Source: Candidatus Lokiarchaeum ossiferum | GTDB lineage: Archaea; Asgardarchaeota; Lokiarchaeia; Sigyniarchaeales; Promethearchaeaceae | Assembly (NCBI GenBank): GCA_025839675.1 | Contig: CP104013.1 | Location: forward strand, 3,510,001-3,542,000 | DNA: 32,000 bases | Direction of reading: 5' to 3' | Part shown: positions 9,250 to 19,185 of the stretch, in pieces | Position numbering within the stretch: position 1 is the stretch's first letter | Layout of the letters: each line of letters begins with the position of its first letter | Notes under the pieces: generated by a model | The model's database searches: none | What the model was told of the DNA's origin: nothing | What the model saw: the letters and a program-made list of their open reading frames with translations, nothing else | Program-made: the position numbers and the translations under genes

Positions 9250-10389
9250 ATGAATCTCTTTCAAAGAGCTAAAGAAACACTTGCCGAAATTGGTGCAGAT
9301 GCATGGTTGATTTCCTGCGTGGAAGGAAATGACATTCATTCCAAATTCATTTTGAATGTTAATATTCACATAAGACATTACATCTTCATTTCACAAAAAG
9401 GAAAGGATGTTGTAATCACTTGTCCAATGGAAAAACCCATGGCAGAAAAAGCATTAAAGCGACTGGGTGTGGATGCTGAAGTTAAAGACTTCACAAGAGC
9501 AGCAGATATTCCAGTTATGCTAAAGGATTTAATAAAGGATCAGACTGTGGCCTTAAATTTCGGAGAAAATATTTTTACTCCACAAACTACTGCTTATGCC
9601 GAATTTCTTCCTGTTGGAGAATTACGAGAATTACAAAAAATCGCCCCTAAAGCTAAGTTTATATCAGCCGCCAAAATTATCTATGCTCTCCGAAGTATCA
9701 AATCTCCTTCTGATATTAAGGATTTAGAAGAAGCCGCCAAGATTAATATCGAAATTTTAGAAGATATTCCCAATTGGGTCAAGCTTGGTATGACCGAAAA
9801 TGATGTGAAGCGAAAACTCGAATCTAAATATATGCAATATGGAGAGGTTGGTTTTCCTGCTATTATCGCAAATAATGCAAATGCTGCAGATCCTCATCAT
9901 GGAGGTTCTGACAAAAAAATCGAAAAAGGGGTTCTACTTATCGATTCCGGCATGAAAAAAGATCGAATGACAACCGATATTACCTGGACGTATTGGATTG
10001 GAGGAGAACCTACTGAAAAGTTTTTGGAAATTTATCATTTGATTTATGATGCAAAGCAAGCCTCATTTAAAACTATTAAACCTGGTGTTAAAGCTAATAT
10101 ACCCGACCAAATAATTCGTAAAATGTTTGCGGATCAAGGGATCGATCATATGAAACATTACAACCATGGGTTGGGTCATCCTCTAGGTTATGTGGTGCAT
10201 GATATTGGAATTGGGCTAAGTGCACGAATGCCTGATGAAGCCGTTTTAACAGAAGGTATGGTGATTACTCATGAACCGGGTCTTTATTGGCAGGGTGAAT
10301 GGGGTGTTCGGTTAGAAGATGATTTTGTTGTGACCAAGGATTCCATGAAACTGTTGACTTACTGCCCTAAGGATCCATTCCTTATTTAA
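9250..10389 (+). CDS. M24B-family Xaa-Pro aminopeptidase/dipeptidase
   Basis: Pita-bread-fold metal-ligand motifs: LLIDSGMKKDRMTTDITWTY, HGLGHPLGYVVHDIG, VITHEPGLY, GVRLEDDFVVT. The N-terminal creatinase-like domain is present. Confidence 0.85.
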   Translation: MNLFQRAKETLAEIGADAWLISCVEGNDIHSKFILNVNIHIRHYIFISQKGKDVVITCPMEKPMAEKALKRLGVDAEVKDFTRAADIPVMLKDLIKDQTVALNFGENIFTPQTTAYAEFLPVGELRELQKIAPKAKFISAAKIIYALRSIKSPSDIKDLEEAAKINIEILEDIPNWVKLGMTENDVKRKLESKYMQYGEVGFPAIIANNANAADPHHGGSDKKIEKGVLLIDSGMKKDRMTTDITWTYWIGGEPTEKFLEIYHLIYDAKQASFKTIKPGVKANIPDQIIRKMFADQGIDHMKHYNHGLGHPLGYVVHDIGIGLSARMPDEAVLTEGMVITHEPGLYWQGEWGVRLEDDFVVTKDSMKLLTYCPKDPFLI

Positions 10390-11206
10390 TCCTTTTTTTT
10401 CCCATTCTTCTACGTTTAGCGATACAGAGATACAAATTTTCCCTTCGGATGAGATTTCCTTCTGGAAATTCTGATTTTAAGCAAGATCGAACTTCATTTT
10501 CGAAGTTCTTTATCTCTTTACCGAATAACTCTTGATTAGCAAAGGATGTAGAAAATAATAATCCCATATATTCATTTATTGATTGAGTATAAGAACTAGG
10601 AATTGAATATTCTTTAAACTGGTTAAATTGAGATTCTGATAAATAGTCAGTAAAACTCTTCTGGTCTTGTGAATATAATTTTTCTTTCCCTGCTTTTCGT
10701 TTTTCCCCTAGATATCTCTGAATAATCCGTTTGATTTTAATATCAATAGGTTCTAAGGAATTCCAAAGTCCAGTAACACCTCCAATGCTTGAAAAAATTG
10801 CAATTCCCCCGCTAGGTTCTATCAATCTCTCAAGTTTTCCTAAAACCTTGGTTTTGTCCATCCAATGAAAACTAGATCCACAAATTGTTAATTGAAATAA
10901 TCCTAGGGATTCATCTATTTCTTCAGCTGCTGAATTGTGATATTTCATGTTTTTAATATCTAATTCAGCAAGTTTCTTTTTTCCTTCCGCCATCATTTCT
11001 GGATTAACTTCTACCGCAATTATTTCACGAAATAATTTAATATAAGGGATAGAAGATTGCCCTGATCCTGCCCCTAAATCTAATAATCGACCTGTTCCAT
11101 CTAATTGAAATTCGGATTTCAAAATATTAACTATTTTTCCATGACATTTATGCCGATATCGAGCGTAAAATGAAGCAGTCCCACCAAAAACAGATCTATA
11201 TGTCAT
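10382..11206 (-). CDS. class I SAM-dependent methyltransferase
   Basis: Motif I LLDLGAGSGQSS, post-I acidic strand IIAVEVNPEMM, and FQLTICGSSFHWMD (Methyltransf_11-like). The substrate cannot be assigned. Confidence 0.75.
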   Translation of the reverse strand: MTYRSVFGGTASFYARYRHKCHGKIVNILKSEFQLDGTGRLLDLGAGSGQSSIPYIKLFREIIAVEVNPEMMAEGKKKLAELDIKNMKYHNSAAEEIDESLGLFQLTICGSSFHWMDKTKVLGKLERLIEPSGGIAIFSSIGGVTGLWNSLEPIDIKIKRIIQRYLGEKRKAGKEKLYSQDQKSFTDYLSESQFNQFKEYSIPSSYTQSINEYMGLLFSTSFANQELFGKEIKNFENEVRSCLKSEFPEGNLIRRENLYLCIAKRRRMGKKRIK

Positions 11207-11363
11207 ATTATTATTTGATAATACTCAGTCTTTAAAAATTTTAATTAATTCTACTTTGATTATCGTTTTTTTAGATTTGATCTAGGGGAGATAAAAAGTG
11301 GTCTAATGAAACCATAATAGCAAAAGAGGCCTATGAGAACATAAGTTATTCTTGGTGAAAAAA

Positions 11364-12947
11364 ATGAGTGAAAAAAAAATACATTCCTTAAAACCAAAGG
11401 CCCCTTTTGAACGTATAATTTTCATAATTGTTCTTATCCTATCCATAGGATTTTGGTACATGGTTTTATATTCCCCCATAAATGAAGACGGAGATACTTA
11501 TACAATTCTTTCTAGTGATCCAACCTATGCTAATATCACAAAAATCGAGCTGAACTACAATGCTCAAGTAGCATCTGTTGATATTTATTTAAATGATCAA
11601 ATTGATTCTGGAGTTCTTTTTACTAGCACCTGGCATCATGCATGGGTGGATTGGGGTGATGATGTCGGCTCCATTGAAATATCATATACTCCAGAGTTAT
11701 CCAGTGACAATACAACGTTGATAATCACTGTGGATGATAGCTATGAATCTGGTTTCAGCTATTTTGATACTTCAGTAATAAACGAATTCACTTTTGATAT
11801 TTATATCAATCCTAATTATCTAATTGATTTAAACGCAGATACTTCTTCCGCTCCAATTGACGTGTACGCAGATAATGTTCAATTTGATTCCATTACCATG
11901 GATCAAGAATATTCTTCATTAGATTTGATGTTTTCCTCTGTTTCTGTAAATCATGACATTTTATTGACTGGTAGTAGTGGATTTGTTGATCTAGACTTTG
12001 ATAAAGTTAACATTTCCGGGGATTTATCTATTTCGAGGGAATATTCTTCCATTAGCCTGGAATATACAGATTTGTCTGTTGAAAATATTACCTTTTCTTC
12101 CGATAGTGGATATATTGACGTTGAAGGAACTAATCTCATCTCAGAATCCTTCAATACGCGCCAAGAATCTGCTTCTACTCGATTGAACATGGATACAGTC
12201 CAAATATCTGATGAATTTAATCTATGGGGTGAAAGTGGATATGCCGATGTTTATTTACAATCCGCTGTTATTCAAAGCGATATCACAATTGTGAGATCTA
12301 GCAGTTCAATTTCAATGGATTTAAGAGATTCATCTTTTGGTAATGTGTCTTTGCTTACTTTTTCTGGATATATTGATGTTGATGCTGAAAATAGTATCTT
12401 TGAATCCATTTATACGGAACAAGATACAGCGAGCACCTCGATGGTTTTAGATAATGTAACCATTCAAAATGGATTTGATTTAGTTGGAAATTCTGGTTAT
12501 GCAGATCTAAATGTTATGAATTCCGTTATTGGTTGTGATATGAACATCTATCGAACAAGTGCTTCAATTAGCTTAGAATTTGAATCTCTTACTTTCTCGA
12601 AAGATGTGAACATCACTGCAACAACCATTTCATCTTATATTGATATAAATTGGAACCAACATTTTGATGCGATGGGTGCAAATGTCACTACTTCCTTAGA
12701 ATCCACTTCTGGTTCAATCGATGTCGAACTTAGTATTCCAACTTCTCTAATTCGTTATGATTTTTCAGGAACTTCTGATTCAGGAAACATTTATTTTGAT
12801 TCTGACACTGAAAACTATCAAGAACTCTCCGAAAATCATTTTCAATCCGATAATTATTCGAATCATGCTTTAGATTTGATCACATTTATTGCAGAAACTG
12901 CTCATTCTTCGATTGACTATAACGTATATGAAAATTTGGCTGATTAA
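11364..12947 (+). CDS. membrane-anchored repeat protein (DUF4097/adhesin-like beta-helix repeats)
   Basis: One N-terminal TM helix (IIFIIVLILSIGFWYMVLY) is followed by S/D/N/T-rich repeats. These carry recurring SGY(I/A)D(V/L) strands: SGFVDLD, SGYIDVE, SGYADVY, SGYIDVD, SGYADLN, SSYIDIN, SGSIDVE, SGNIYFD. ATG 11364 is preferred over TTG 11352. Confidence 0.6.
   Translation: MSEKKIHSLKPKAPFERIIFIIVLILSIGFWYMVLYSPINEDGDTYTILSSDPTYANITKIELNYNAQVASVDIYLNDQIDSGVLFTSTWHHAWVDWGDDVGSIEISYTPELSSDNTTLIITVDDSYESGFSYFDTSVINEFTFDIYINPNYLIDLNADTSSAPIDVYADNVQFDSITMDQEYSSLDLMFSSVSVNHDILLTGSSGFVDLDFDKVNISGDLSISREYSSISLEYTDLSVENITFSSDSGYIDVEGTNLISESFNTRQESASTRLNMDTVQISDEFNLWGESGYADVYLQSAVIQSDITIVRSSSSISMDLRDSSFGNVSLLTFSGYIDVDAENSIFESIYTEQDTASTSMVLDNVTIQNGFDLVGNSGYADLNVMNSVIGCDMNIYRTSASISLEFESLTFSKDVNITATTISSYIDINWNQHFDAMGANVTTSLESTSGSIDVELSIPTSLIRYDFSGTSDSGNIYFDSDTENYQELSENHFQSDNYSNHALDLITFIAETAHSSIDYNVYENLAD
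12072..12599 (+). repeat. intragenic tandem duplication, 2 x 264 nt (88 aa)
   Basis: Unit 1 (from 12072) aligns without gaps to unit 2 (from 12336) over SGYIDV(E/D)...(E/Q)(S/T)AST...(W/V)G(E/N)SGYAD...(S/T)(S/A)SIS(M/L). More degenerate copies flank the pair. Confidence 0.7.
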
Positions 12948-12964
12948 ACTTGAAGTCAAAAGTG

Positions 12965-12988
12965 TTTTTTTATTTTTCCGAATTTTTT
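12965..12988 (+). terminator. cluster of T tracts (T7, T5, T6)
   Basis: gtttttttatttttccgaatttttt starts 18 nt after the stop of the repeat-protein gene. Confidence 0.45.
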
Positions 12989-13010
12989 CCTTGACCCAAC
13001 CTTTTTACCT

Positions 13011-15344
13011 ATGACTGAGAATATTATTTTGAGAACTTTGCCACAGAACGATTTTAATTCTTCCATTTCTCGAGATGCTCACACCTTTCTGGAAACAAAA
13101 TACAAAGTTCTCTTTGAAAATACTTCGGATGCTATCATTATATATGAAAATTCAAAACTTTCGGATTGTAATGAAGCGGCCTTCAAATTACTCCGGTATT
13201 CATCAAAAGAAAAATTCCTCTCATGTAGTTTTTTAGATTTTACTCCTGAGTTCCAACTTAATGGTCTTTCATCACTTGAAATGGCTCAAAATGTCATAAA
13301 AATTGCTTTTTTGAATGGTTCTCATCATTTTGATGCTCTTCTTAAACGAAATGATGGTTCTATTTTTCCTGCTGAAATTTTATTAACTGCCAGAATTTTT
13401 GAAAGTAGTAAACTGTTATTTATAGTCGTAAGAGACATATCTCAAAGAAAACAATTCTTAGAAGAGTTAAAAATCAGTGAGAAACGCTTTCGGTTGCTCT
13501 TTGAAGAAAGTCCTCTCGGAATTGCTTATCATCAGATGATTTATGATGAAAATCAAAATCCAATTGACTATATATTTCTCGATTATAATAAAAGGTTTGC
13601 TGAAATGACAGGTCTCGGTGATGATATTGCAGGAAAAACGATAATGGAACTCATACCCGATTTTCAAAACCGAAAACCCTTAGTTTTTGAAAACTATAAG
13701 GTTGTTGTTAAAACGGGGAAAACCTTACAATTTGAATCATTTCATGAAGAATCTCAGACATGGTTTGATGTAACAGCCTATAGTCCGCGAAAAGGCTTTT
13801 TTGTGTCCCTACTGAAAGATATTACAGATCGGAAAGAAGTAGAAATTGCCCTTAATGTCAGTGAAGCTAAACATCGCGCCATTTATGATAGCTCCCATGA
13901 TGCGATTATGATTTTAGTTCCTAATAAGGGTTTCATCGAAGCAAATATCGGTACTTTAAAGTTATTTGGAATTCAACAACAATCAGAGTTTGTTGGAAAA
14001 ACTCCCGCAGATTTTTCTCCTAAATTTCAACCAGATGGACAATTAAGTTCTGTAAAAGCAGATCAAATGATTCAAATTGCTTTGGATACTGGTTCTCACT
14101 TTTTTGAATGGGTTCATCAAAGAACTACTGGGGAAAATTTTCAAGCGACTGTCTTACTCAATCGGATGGAGATTCAAGGAAACGTCTATGTACAAGCACG
14201 AGTCCATGATATCTCTTTCATTAAAAATTCTGAAGCTGAACGGGAGCGTTTAAATGCTATTATTGAATCAACCACTGATCTCATTTCTACTTCTGATGCA
14301 ATGCAAAATTTAACTTTTATGAATAGTGCAGGTCTTGCCTTGCTTGGAATAGAAAAAAAATCTGATTTAAGCAAGATGAAGATCGAAAATATTCACCCAA
14401 AATGGGCTTTTGAGAAGATTTCCCGCGAAGGAATTCCTAAAGCCATTAAAAATGGTGTTTGGAGAGGTGAGACTGCTTTAATCTCCCAAAATTTAATAGA
14501 AATTCCAGTTTCGCAAGTAATAATGACTCATTGCGATGATTCAGGCAAGGTTAATTTCTTTTCTACCATCATGCGAGACATATCCGAACGAAAAAGAATT
14601 GAGGAAAAAAATAAGCAAATGGAAGAAGAGTTGTGGAAGAATCAAAAAATGGAATCTATTGGGTTTCTTGCTGCAGGAATTGCCCATGACTTTAATAATT
14701 TTTTAACTACCATCCTAGGTAATATTTCATTAGCTCGATCGGAAGATTCAGCCTTAACTCCTGAACTACGTGAGATATTAGAAGAAGTTGAAAATGCATC
14801 TCAACGGGCCAAAGAACTAACTAACCAATTATTGCTTTTTGCCAAGGGAGACGCTCCAACAAAAAAACTAACAACAATTCAGGATTTGATTATAGAAACC
14901 TGCAATTTTACTTTACGAGGATTAAGTGTAAAACCCACCTATGATATTGCTCCCGATTTATGGAAAATAAATGTTGATGCGGGCCAAATTAGTCAAGTTA
15001 TAAACAATCTGGTATTAAATGCTTATCAATCATTTGAAATTAGTAATAATATGGAAAATGCTGTAATTTTAATTAAAGCCTGTAATATTACTGATGCATC
15101 TAAATTAAATAGTTCATTGAACTTTCAGAAATCGATCCAAATAACAGTCCAAGATAATGGACGTGGGATTTCTCCCGATGTGGTGCCACGAATTTTTGAT
15201 CCATATTTTACTACCAAAGAAACAGGTTCTGGGCTTGGACTTTCGGTGTGTTATTCTATAGTTAAGAAGCATGGTGGGCATATTGAAGTAGAATCTAAGA
15301 TTGATGAAGGAAGTAGTTTTACCATATATCTTCCTGTGCATTAA
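13011..15344 (+). CDS. multi-PAS sensor histidine kinase (cytoplasmic)
   Basis: About four PAS/PAC modules (repeated YxxLFExSxDAI, RDI(S/T)xRK linkers). HisKA H-box GIAHDFNNFLTTILG. HATPase_c N-box VINNLVLNAYQS, G1 QDNGRGI, G2 GSGLGLSVCYSIVKKHGG. No TM segment seen and no receiver gene adjacent. Confidence 0.85.
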   Translation: MTENIILRTLPQNDFNSSISRDAHTFLETKYKVLFENTSDAIIIYENSKLSDCNEAAFKLLRYSSKEKFLSCSFLDFTPEFQLNGLSSLEMAQNVIKIAFLNGSHHFDALLKRNDGSIFPAEILLTARIFESSKLLFIVVRDISQRKQFLEELKISEKRFRLLFEESPLGIAYHQMIYDENQNPIDYIFLDYNKRFAEMTGLGDDIAGKTIMELIPDFQNRKPLVFENYKVVVKTGKTLQFESFHEESQTWFDVTAYSPRKGFFVSLLKDITDRKEVEIALNVSEAKHRAIYDSSHDAIMILVPNKGFIEANIGTLKLFGIQQQSEFVGKTPADFSPKFQPDGQLSSVKADQMIQIALDTGSHFFEWVHQRTTGENFQATVLLNRMEIQGNVYVQARVHDISFIKNSEAERERLNAIIESTTDLISTSDAMQNLTFMNSAGLALLGIEKKSDLSKMKIENIHPKWAFEKISREGIPKAIKNGVWRGETALISQNLIEIPVSQVIMTHCDDSGKVNFFSTIMRDISERKRIEEKNKQMEEELWKNQKMESIGFLAAGIAHDFNNFLTTILGNISLARSEDSALTPELREILEEVENASQRAKELTNQLLLFAKGDAPTKKLTTIQDLIIETCNFTLRGLSVKPTYDIAPDLWKINVDAGQISQVINNLVLNAYQSFEISNNMENAVILIKACNITDASKLNSSLNFQKSIQITVQDNGRGISPDVVPRIFDPYFTTKETGSGLGLSVCYSIVKKHGGHIEVESKIDEGSSFTIYLPVH

Positions 15345-15386
15345 AATTGCCGTGGTCAATAAAAAAATTATTATGGTTCTTTTCAC

Positions 15387-16379
15387 TCAATTGTTTGGCA
15401 GATACTCAAATAATGTATCGATTGATGGAGTAGGAATTGAAGATTCTTGTTTGATTTTTTTGAATTCATTCGCAATCTGTAACATTTCATCCGGAGCTGC
15501 CATCGCATGATCTCGCATGGCTAATTTTCCATTTTCAGAACCCATTAATTTTTTTAGCATCATTCGAAGGACGAAACGAGGCATGTGGTACAACTTTTTA
15601 AGATAATTTGGGGTAATGGGATGTCCTAAATCTTGAAGGACTCTGAATCCTTCCTTTATAGCGGTTATCATGAGTTTCATTGCATGTTTATTTTTTGCTA
15701 AGGCAAAATTATCTCCCTTTGCTAAATATATTCCATTGGCTAATGGACTAACTAAAGCTATATGGTATTTCAACCAAGCATCAATGTTTTCTGCGATTTT
15801 TACTTGAATTCCTGCCGTTTCTAAAATCGTTTTCAATGTTTTAATTCGACGAGTTGTCTCTCCTGAGATTTCCCCAATCGTTAGAGGTGAATCCTCTCGA
15901 TAGATTGATTTGATTAGTTGATCTTCCCGCTGTCCTCCTGCTGAGGGAAAACCTAGCAAAATCCGTTTAGGATCTATTTCATCTTTGAAATCTTCGATAC
16001 ATGTTCCATTATTTCCCATAAAAACAATATTAGGTGAAATATTTTGATTTAGTTTCGGTAAAATTTCTTTTATCTGATTTTTCCGCATAATAACAATGAT
16101 AAAATCAAAATAATCGCTAGGGGACAATTTTTCAATTACTGGCACATATTCGCGGGTACGTCGTTGTTGGAGATAGTGCTCTATTACAACTCCTTCCTTT
16201 TTTATTGAAGAATATCTTGCCCCTCGAGCAAGTAAAGTAATTTGGAAAGAGGAAGTTCCTTGATCTATTTGATCAGTTTGAAGCTGTGATAGAATTTTTT
16301 CAATATTTGCCCTATTTTCATATAATCGTGTGGCATAAAGACTGCCTATCACACCTGCACCATAGATGAGAATTTTCAT
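15387..16379 (-). CDS. ketopantoate reductase (ApbA/PanE)-family NAD(P)-dependent oxidoreductase
   Basis: N-terminal Rossmann motif MKILIYGAGVIGSLYATRL. Length and C-terminal helical domain are typical of the family. ATG 16379 is preferred over GTG 16388. The substrate is not assignable. Confidence 0.6.
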   Translation of the reverse strand: MKILIYGAGVIGSLYATRLYENRANIEKILSQLQTDQIDQGTSSFQITLLARGARYSSIKKEGVVIEHYLQQRRTREYVPVIEKLSPSDYFDFIIVIMRKNQIKEILPKLNQNISPNIVFMGNNGTCIEDFKDEIDPKRILLGFPSAGGQREDQLIKSIYREDSPLTIGEISGETTRRIKTLKTILETAGIQVKIAENIDAWLKYHIALVSPLANGIYLAKGDNFALAKNKHAMKLMITAIKEGFRVLQDLGHPITPNYLKKLYHMPRFVLRMMLKKLMGSENGKLAMRDHAMAAPDEMLQIANEFKKIKQESSIPTPSIDTLFEYLPNN

Positions 16380-16501
16380 GATGATCACTTGAGTTAATAA
16401 CTTGGGATGGAAGAAATCCTAATTAATATTAGGCATGTCTAATTTAAAAAATTTTGGGATAATGTAAATTGATTTATTTAGTGCAAATCCAAATAATGAT
16501 C

Positions 16502-16918
16502 ATGGTTTCTGAATTACACAAAATAAAAATAAACACAAAAGTTGATGAAATCGTGGATATAACAGATCAGATTCAATCCCTAGCCAATCAAAGCTCAATA
16601 AAAAATGGAATTCTGAATATCTCTTGTCCTGGTAGTACAGGAGGAATCAGCTGTGTAGAATACGAACCAGGGTTAATCAATCATGATATTCCTGCACTCC
16701 TTCATCAAATTGCGCCTGAAGGTCCAGATTATGCTCATCATCAAACATGGGGAGATCACAATGGACATTCCCATTTGCGGAGTTTTCTCATAAAACCAAC
16801 TTATACTGTGCCTGTTATTGATGGAAGCATTATGTTGGGTACTTGGCAACAGATTATTTTTTGTGAATTCGATGAAAAACCCCGTTCTCGAACGATTTAC
16901 TGTCAATTTGTAGGGTAA
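16502..16918 (+). CDS. YjbQ/UPF0047-family protein (secondary thiamine-phosphate synthase-like)
   Basis: Family signature NGHSHLRSFLIKPTYTVPVIDGSIMLGTWQQIIFCEFDEKPRSRTI. Upstream in-frame starts at 16469 and 16496 are possible. Confidence 0.8.
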   Translation: MVSELHKIKINTKVDEIVDITDQIQSLANQSSIKNGILNISCPGSTGGISCVEYEPGLINHDIPALLHQIAPEGPDYAHHQTWGDHNGHSHLRSFLIKPTYTVPVIDGSIMLGTWQQIIFCEFDEKPRSRTIYCQFVG

Positions 16919-16994
16919 CTTCAAAGTTACTACATTCCCCCTATAGAGTAAAAAAAGTGTTTTTATTGACCTTATCTTAACTAAAATTGTAGCA

Positions 16995-17861
16995 ATGGAA
17001 ATTTCCCAAAAAATCGGTCTATGCTGTGAAGGCGGAGGTCAAAGAGTAGTTCATACTTGCGGAATACTCGATTATTTTCTTGAAAAAGATCTTCATTTTC
17101 CTTATGTGATAGGTGTTTCTGCCGGAGCGTCTAATACACTTTCGTATGTCTCCCAGCAAATTGGCCGAAATTGGAAAGTGGATATTCAATACATTAAAGA
17201 CTCTCGTTTTCTTAGTCTTAAAAATTTCGTTAAAATGAGAAGTATTTTCGGATGGGATTTCATTTTCCGAGAACTTCCAAATAATTTGATACCGTTCGAT
17301 TATGATCAATACTTCAATTCCTCTTCAGAACATGTCATCGGGGTCACAAATGCTAAAACCGCTTCGATCGAGTATTTCTACAAAAGTAACCATTCTTCAG
17401 AAGAAATTATGAATATCACGGCTGCTTCCTGCAGTCTACCTTTAATTACTCCTTTTCGATATATCAATGATACTCCGTATTTGGATGGAGGAGTTTCAGA
17501 TCCGATTCCAGTCCAAAAAGCATTTGAGGATGGATGTACAAAATGTGTAGTTATTTTAACACAACCTCAAGGATATCGTAAGGAACCCTTTAAACATCTT
17601 AAATTAATCAAAAAGATGTTCAAAGGCTATGATCAACTGCAGAACTTAATGATTTCTAGGCATAAAATGTATAATGATACTTTAGATCTACTTGACACAA
17701 TGGAAAGCGAAGGAAAAGTCTTCATTTTGCGTCCAGAGATGTTATTAGATGTTGGAAGAACGACAAAAAATACCGAAAAATTGGTCAAATTATTCAACCA
17801 AGGATACTCTCTCGCAAAAGATATATACAACGATTTAGTTAAATGGGTCAATGAAGACTAG
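16995..17861 (+). CDS. patatin-like phospholipase
   Basis: Oxyanion loop CEGGGQRVV, nucleophile elbow GVSAGAS (GxSxG), and catalytic Asp in YLDGGVSDPIP. Confidence 0.85.
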   Translation: MEISQKIGLCCEGGGQRVVHTCGILDYFLEKDLHFPYVIGVSAGASNTLSYVSQQIGRNWKVDIQYIKDSRFLSLKNFVKMRSIFGWDFIFRELPNNLIPFDYDQYFNSSSEHVIGVTNAKTASIEYFYKSNHSSEEIMNITAASCSLPLITPFRYINDTPYLDGGVSDPIPVQKAFEDGCTKCVVILTQPQGYRKEPFKHLKLIKKMFKGYDQLQNLMISRHKMYNDTLDLLDTMESEGKVFILRPEMLLDVGRTTKNTEKLVKLFNQGYSLAKDIYNDLVKWVNED

Positions 17862-18055
17862 GATTTCCGAAAAAGAACATTGTTTCCAAGTAATTAATCG
17901 TTGTTGACTCATTACTTTGATTTAAAAGAGAAAAAAGGCATCGTCCAATATTTTATGGGAAATTGTAAATCCAGGAACATTTTCCAGTGAATTTTGTTAA
18001 AAATAATGCCAAATTAGTAAAGAAAAGTAAAAGTAAAGTAAAAAAAGAGAAAAAA

Positions 18056-19099
18056 TCACTGTTTAAATATTTTTTTGAGTAACCAGGGGACAGCTAGACC
18101 TGCTATAATCATCATTAGTCCATATTTAATGAATCTAGTTATAAAATAGATGCTGGGGAAGAGATCGAACAAAAATCCCGCTCCTAAAAATATCCCAAAG
18201 GTTAATGCAAATCCGATTGCAATGGCAATTAGTTTTTTCCACCAAATTAAAGGACGTGGGTCGTATTTAATATGATTTACCTCTAATGGAAATGCAATTG
18301 CTCCACCACACATTAAGGCACAAGAAACGGAGAGTTGTTGAAAAGCATCTTTAAGATAATCTATTCCATCTGCGAAATTAACTAAATAAAGGAGTAAAGA
18401 GCTTAAAATCCATAAACCTACACTTACTGTGACTCCAATTCCAATCTGTTTTTTCATTGACCAAGATTTTGTAACTTCTCTCACTCTCGGCGCGTAGAAC
18501 ATATAGAGAGTGATAACAATAAATCCTACAACAATTCCCCCAATGACATCTTGTAGATCGTGGACCCCAATTATTAATCGTGATATCGGAACGGCTATAA
18601 TCAAAAAGATCGCTAAAGATTGCCATGGAATTCCTTTTTTCTTTTCTTCTCCCTTGAAATTGAAAAATGTATAGCCCCAAAAACTCAAGGTTCCGCTAGA
18701 ATGTCCACTTGGAAATCCATATCCTGTCGCTGCATCTTCTCCTCGAAGATCATTGGATAAAGGTCTCGGATCTTTGAACAACGTTTTTCCAAAATCGGTG
18801 AGATGAAGGGATATAAGAAAACCGATCAGCAGTCGTTTAGCAAATTTTTTGTCAATTCCAAAATAAAAGACAGCAAAAAATACAATATAAAGTTCTTCAT
18901 CTCCAAATAATGTGATGATTTCAAAAATCTGAACAAGAGCCTCATTACTTGAATCAAAGCTCTCATTTAAATTGAGTGCGAGGAGAATAATTCCCGTGAT
19001 AAGTACCAATGCTGCAATTGCCAGATTGATTATAAATTCAGTTCGTGATAGTTTATGATAGGGTTCATATGTTAATTCAGTCAAAACAAATTCCTCCAT
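18056..19099 (-). CDS. PAP2-superfamily (type 2 phosphatidic acid/lipid phosphate) phosphatase, polytopic membrane protein
   Basis: Three canonical motifs in order: KTLFKDPRP (KxxxxxxRP), PSGHS, and SRLIIGVHDLQDV (SRxxxxxHxxxD). They sit in an ~8-10 TM protein with extra C-terminal helices. Confidence 0.8.
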   Translation of the reverse strand: MEEFVLTELTYEPYHKLSRTEFIINLAIAALVLITGIILLALNLNESFDSSNEALVQIFEIITLFGDEELYIVFFAVFYFGIDKKFAKRLLIGFLISLHLTDFGKTLFKDPRPLSNDLRGEDAATGYGFPSGHSSGTLSFWGYTFFNFKGEEKKKGIPWQSLAIFLIIAVPISRLIIGVHDLQDVIGGIVVGFIVITLYMFYAPRVREVTKSWSMKKQIGIGVTVSVGLWILSSLLLYLVNFADGIDYLKDAFQQLSVSCALMCGGAIAFPLEVNHIKYDPRPLIWWKKLIAIAIGFALTFGIFLGAGFLFDLFPSIYFITRFIKYGLMMIIAGLAVPWLLKKIFKQ

Positions 19100-19156
19100 T
19101 TTCTAAATTTTCTTTACTTGCTTATAAATGTATCAAGTGGTTGGAAATTTCTCGGC

Positions 19157-19165
19157 TTTTTAAAA
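19157..19165 (+). promoter_or_regulatory. TATA-box-like element, implies a leaderless transcript
   Basis: tttttaaaa is centred ~25 nt upstream of ATG 19186. No Shine-Dalgarno-like purine run lies in between. Confidence 0.4.
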
Positions 19166-19185
19166 GAGATAGATAAAATAAAACT

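Noticed and set aside
15114-15510. 90-aa minus-strand and 69-aa plus-strand ORFs at the convergent junction of the kinase and reductase genes
   Set aside because: Each overlaps the 3' end of a well-supported gene on the opposite strand. The translations are compositionally odd and lack motifs.
17980-18055. Run of GTAAA(A)/AGTAAAAG units (gtaaagaaaagtaaaagtaaagtaaaaaaag)
   Set aside because: The period is irregular and it is a very short A-rich simple sequence in a spacer. It is not a CRISPR-like or structured tandem repeat. It probably contributes minus-strand T tracts downstream of the PAP2 gene.
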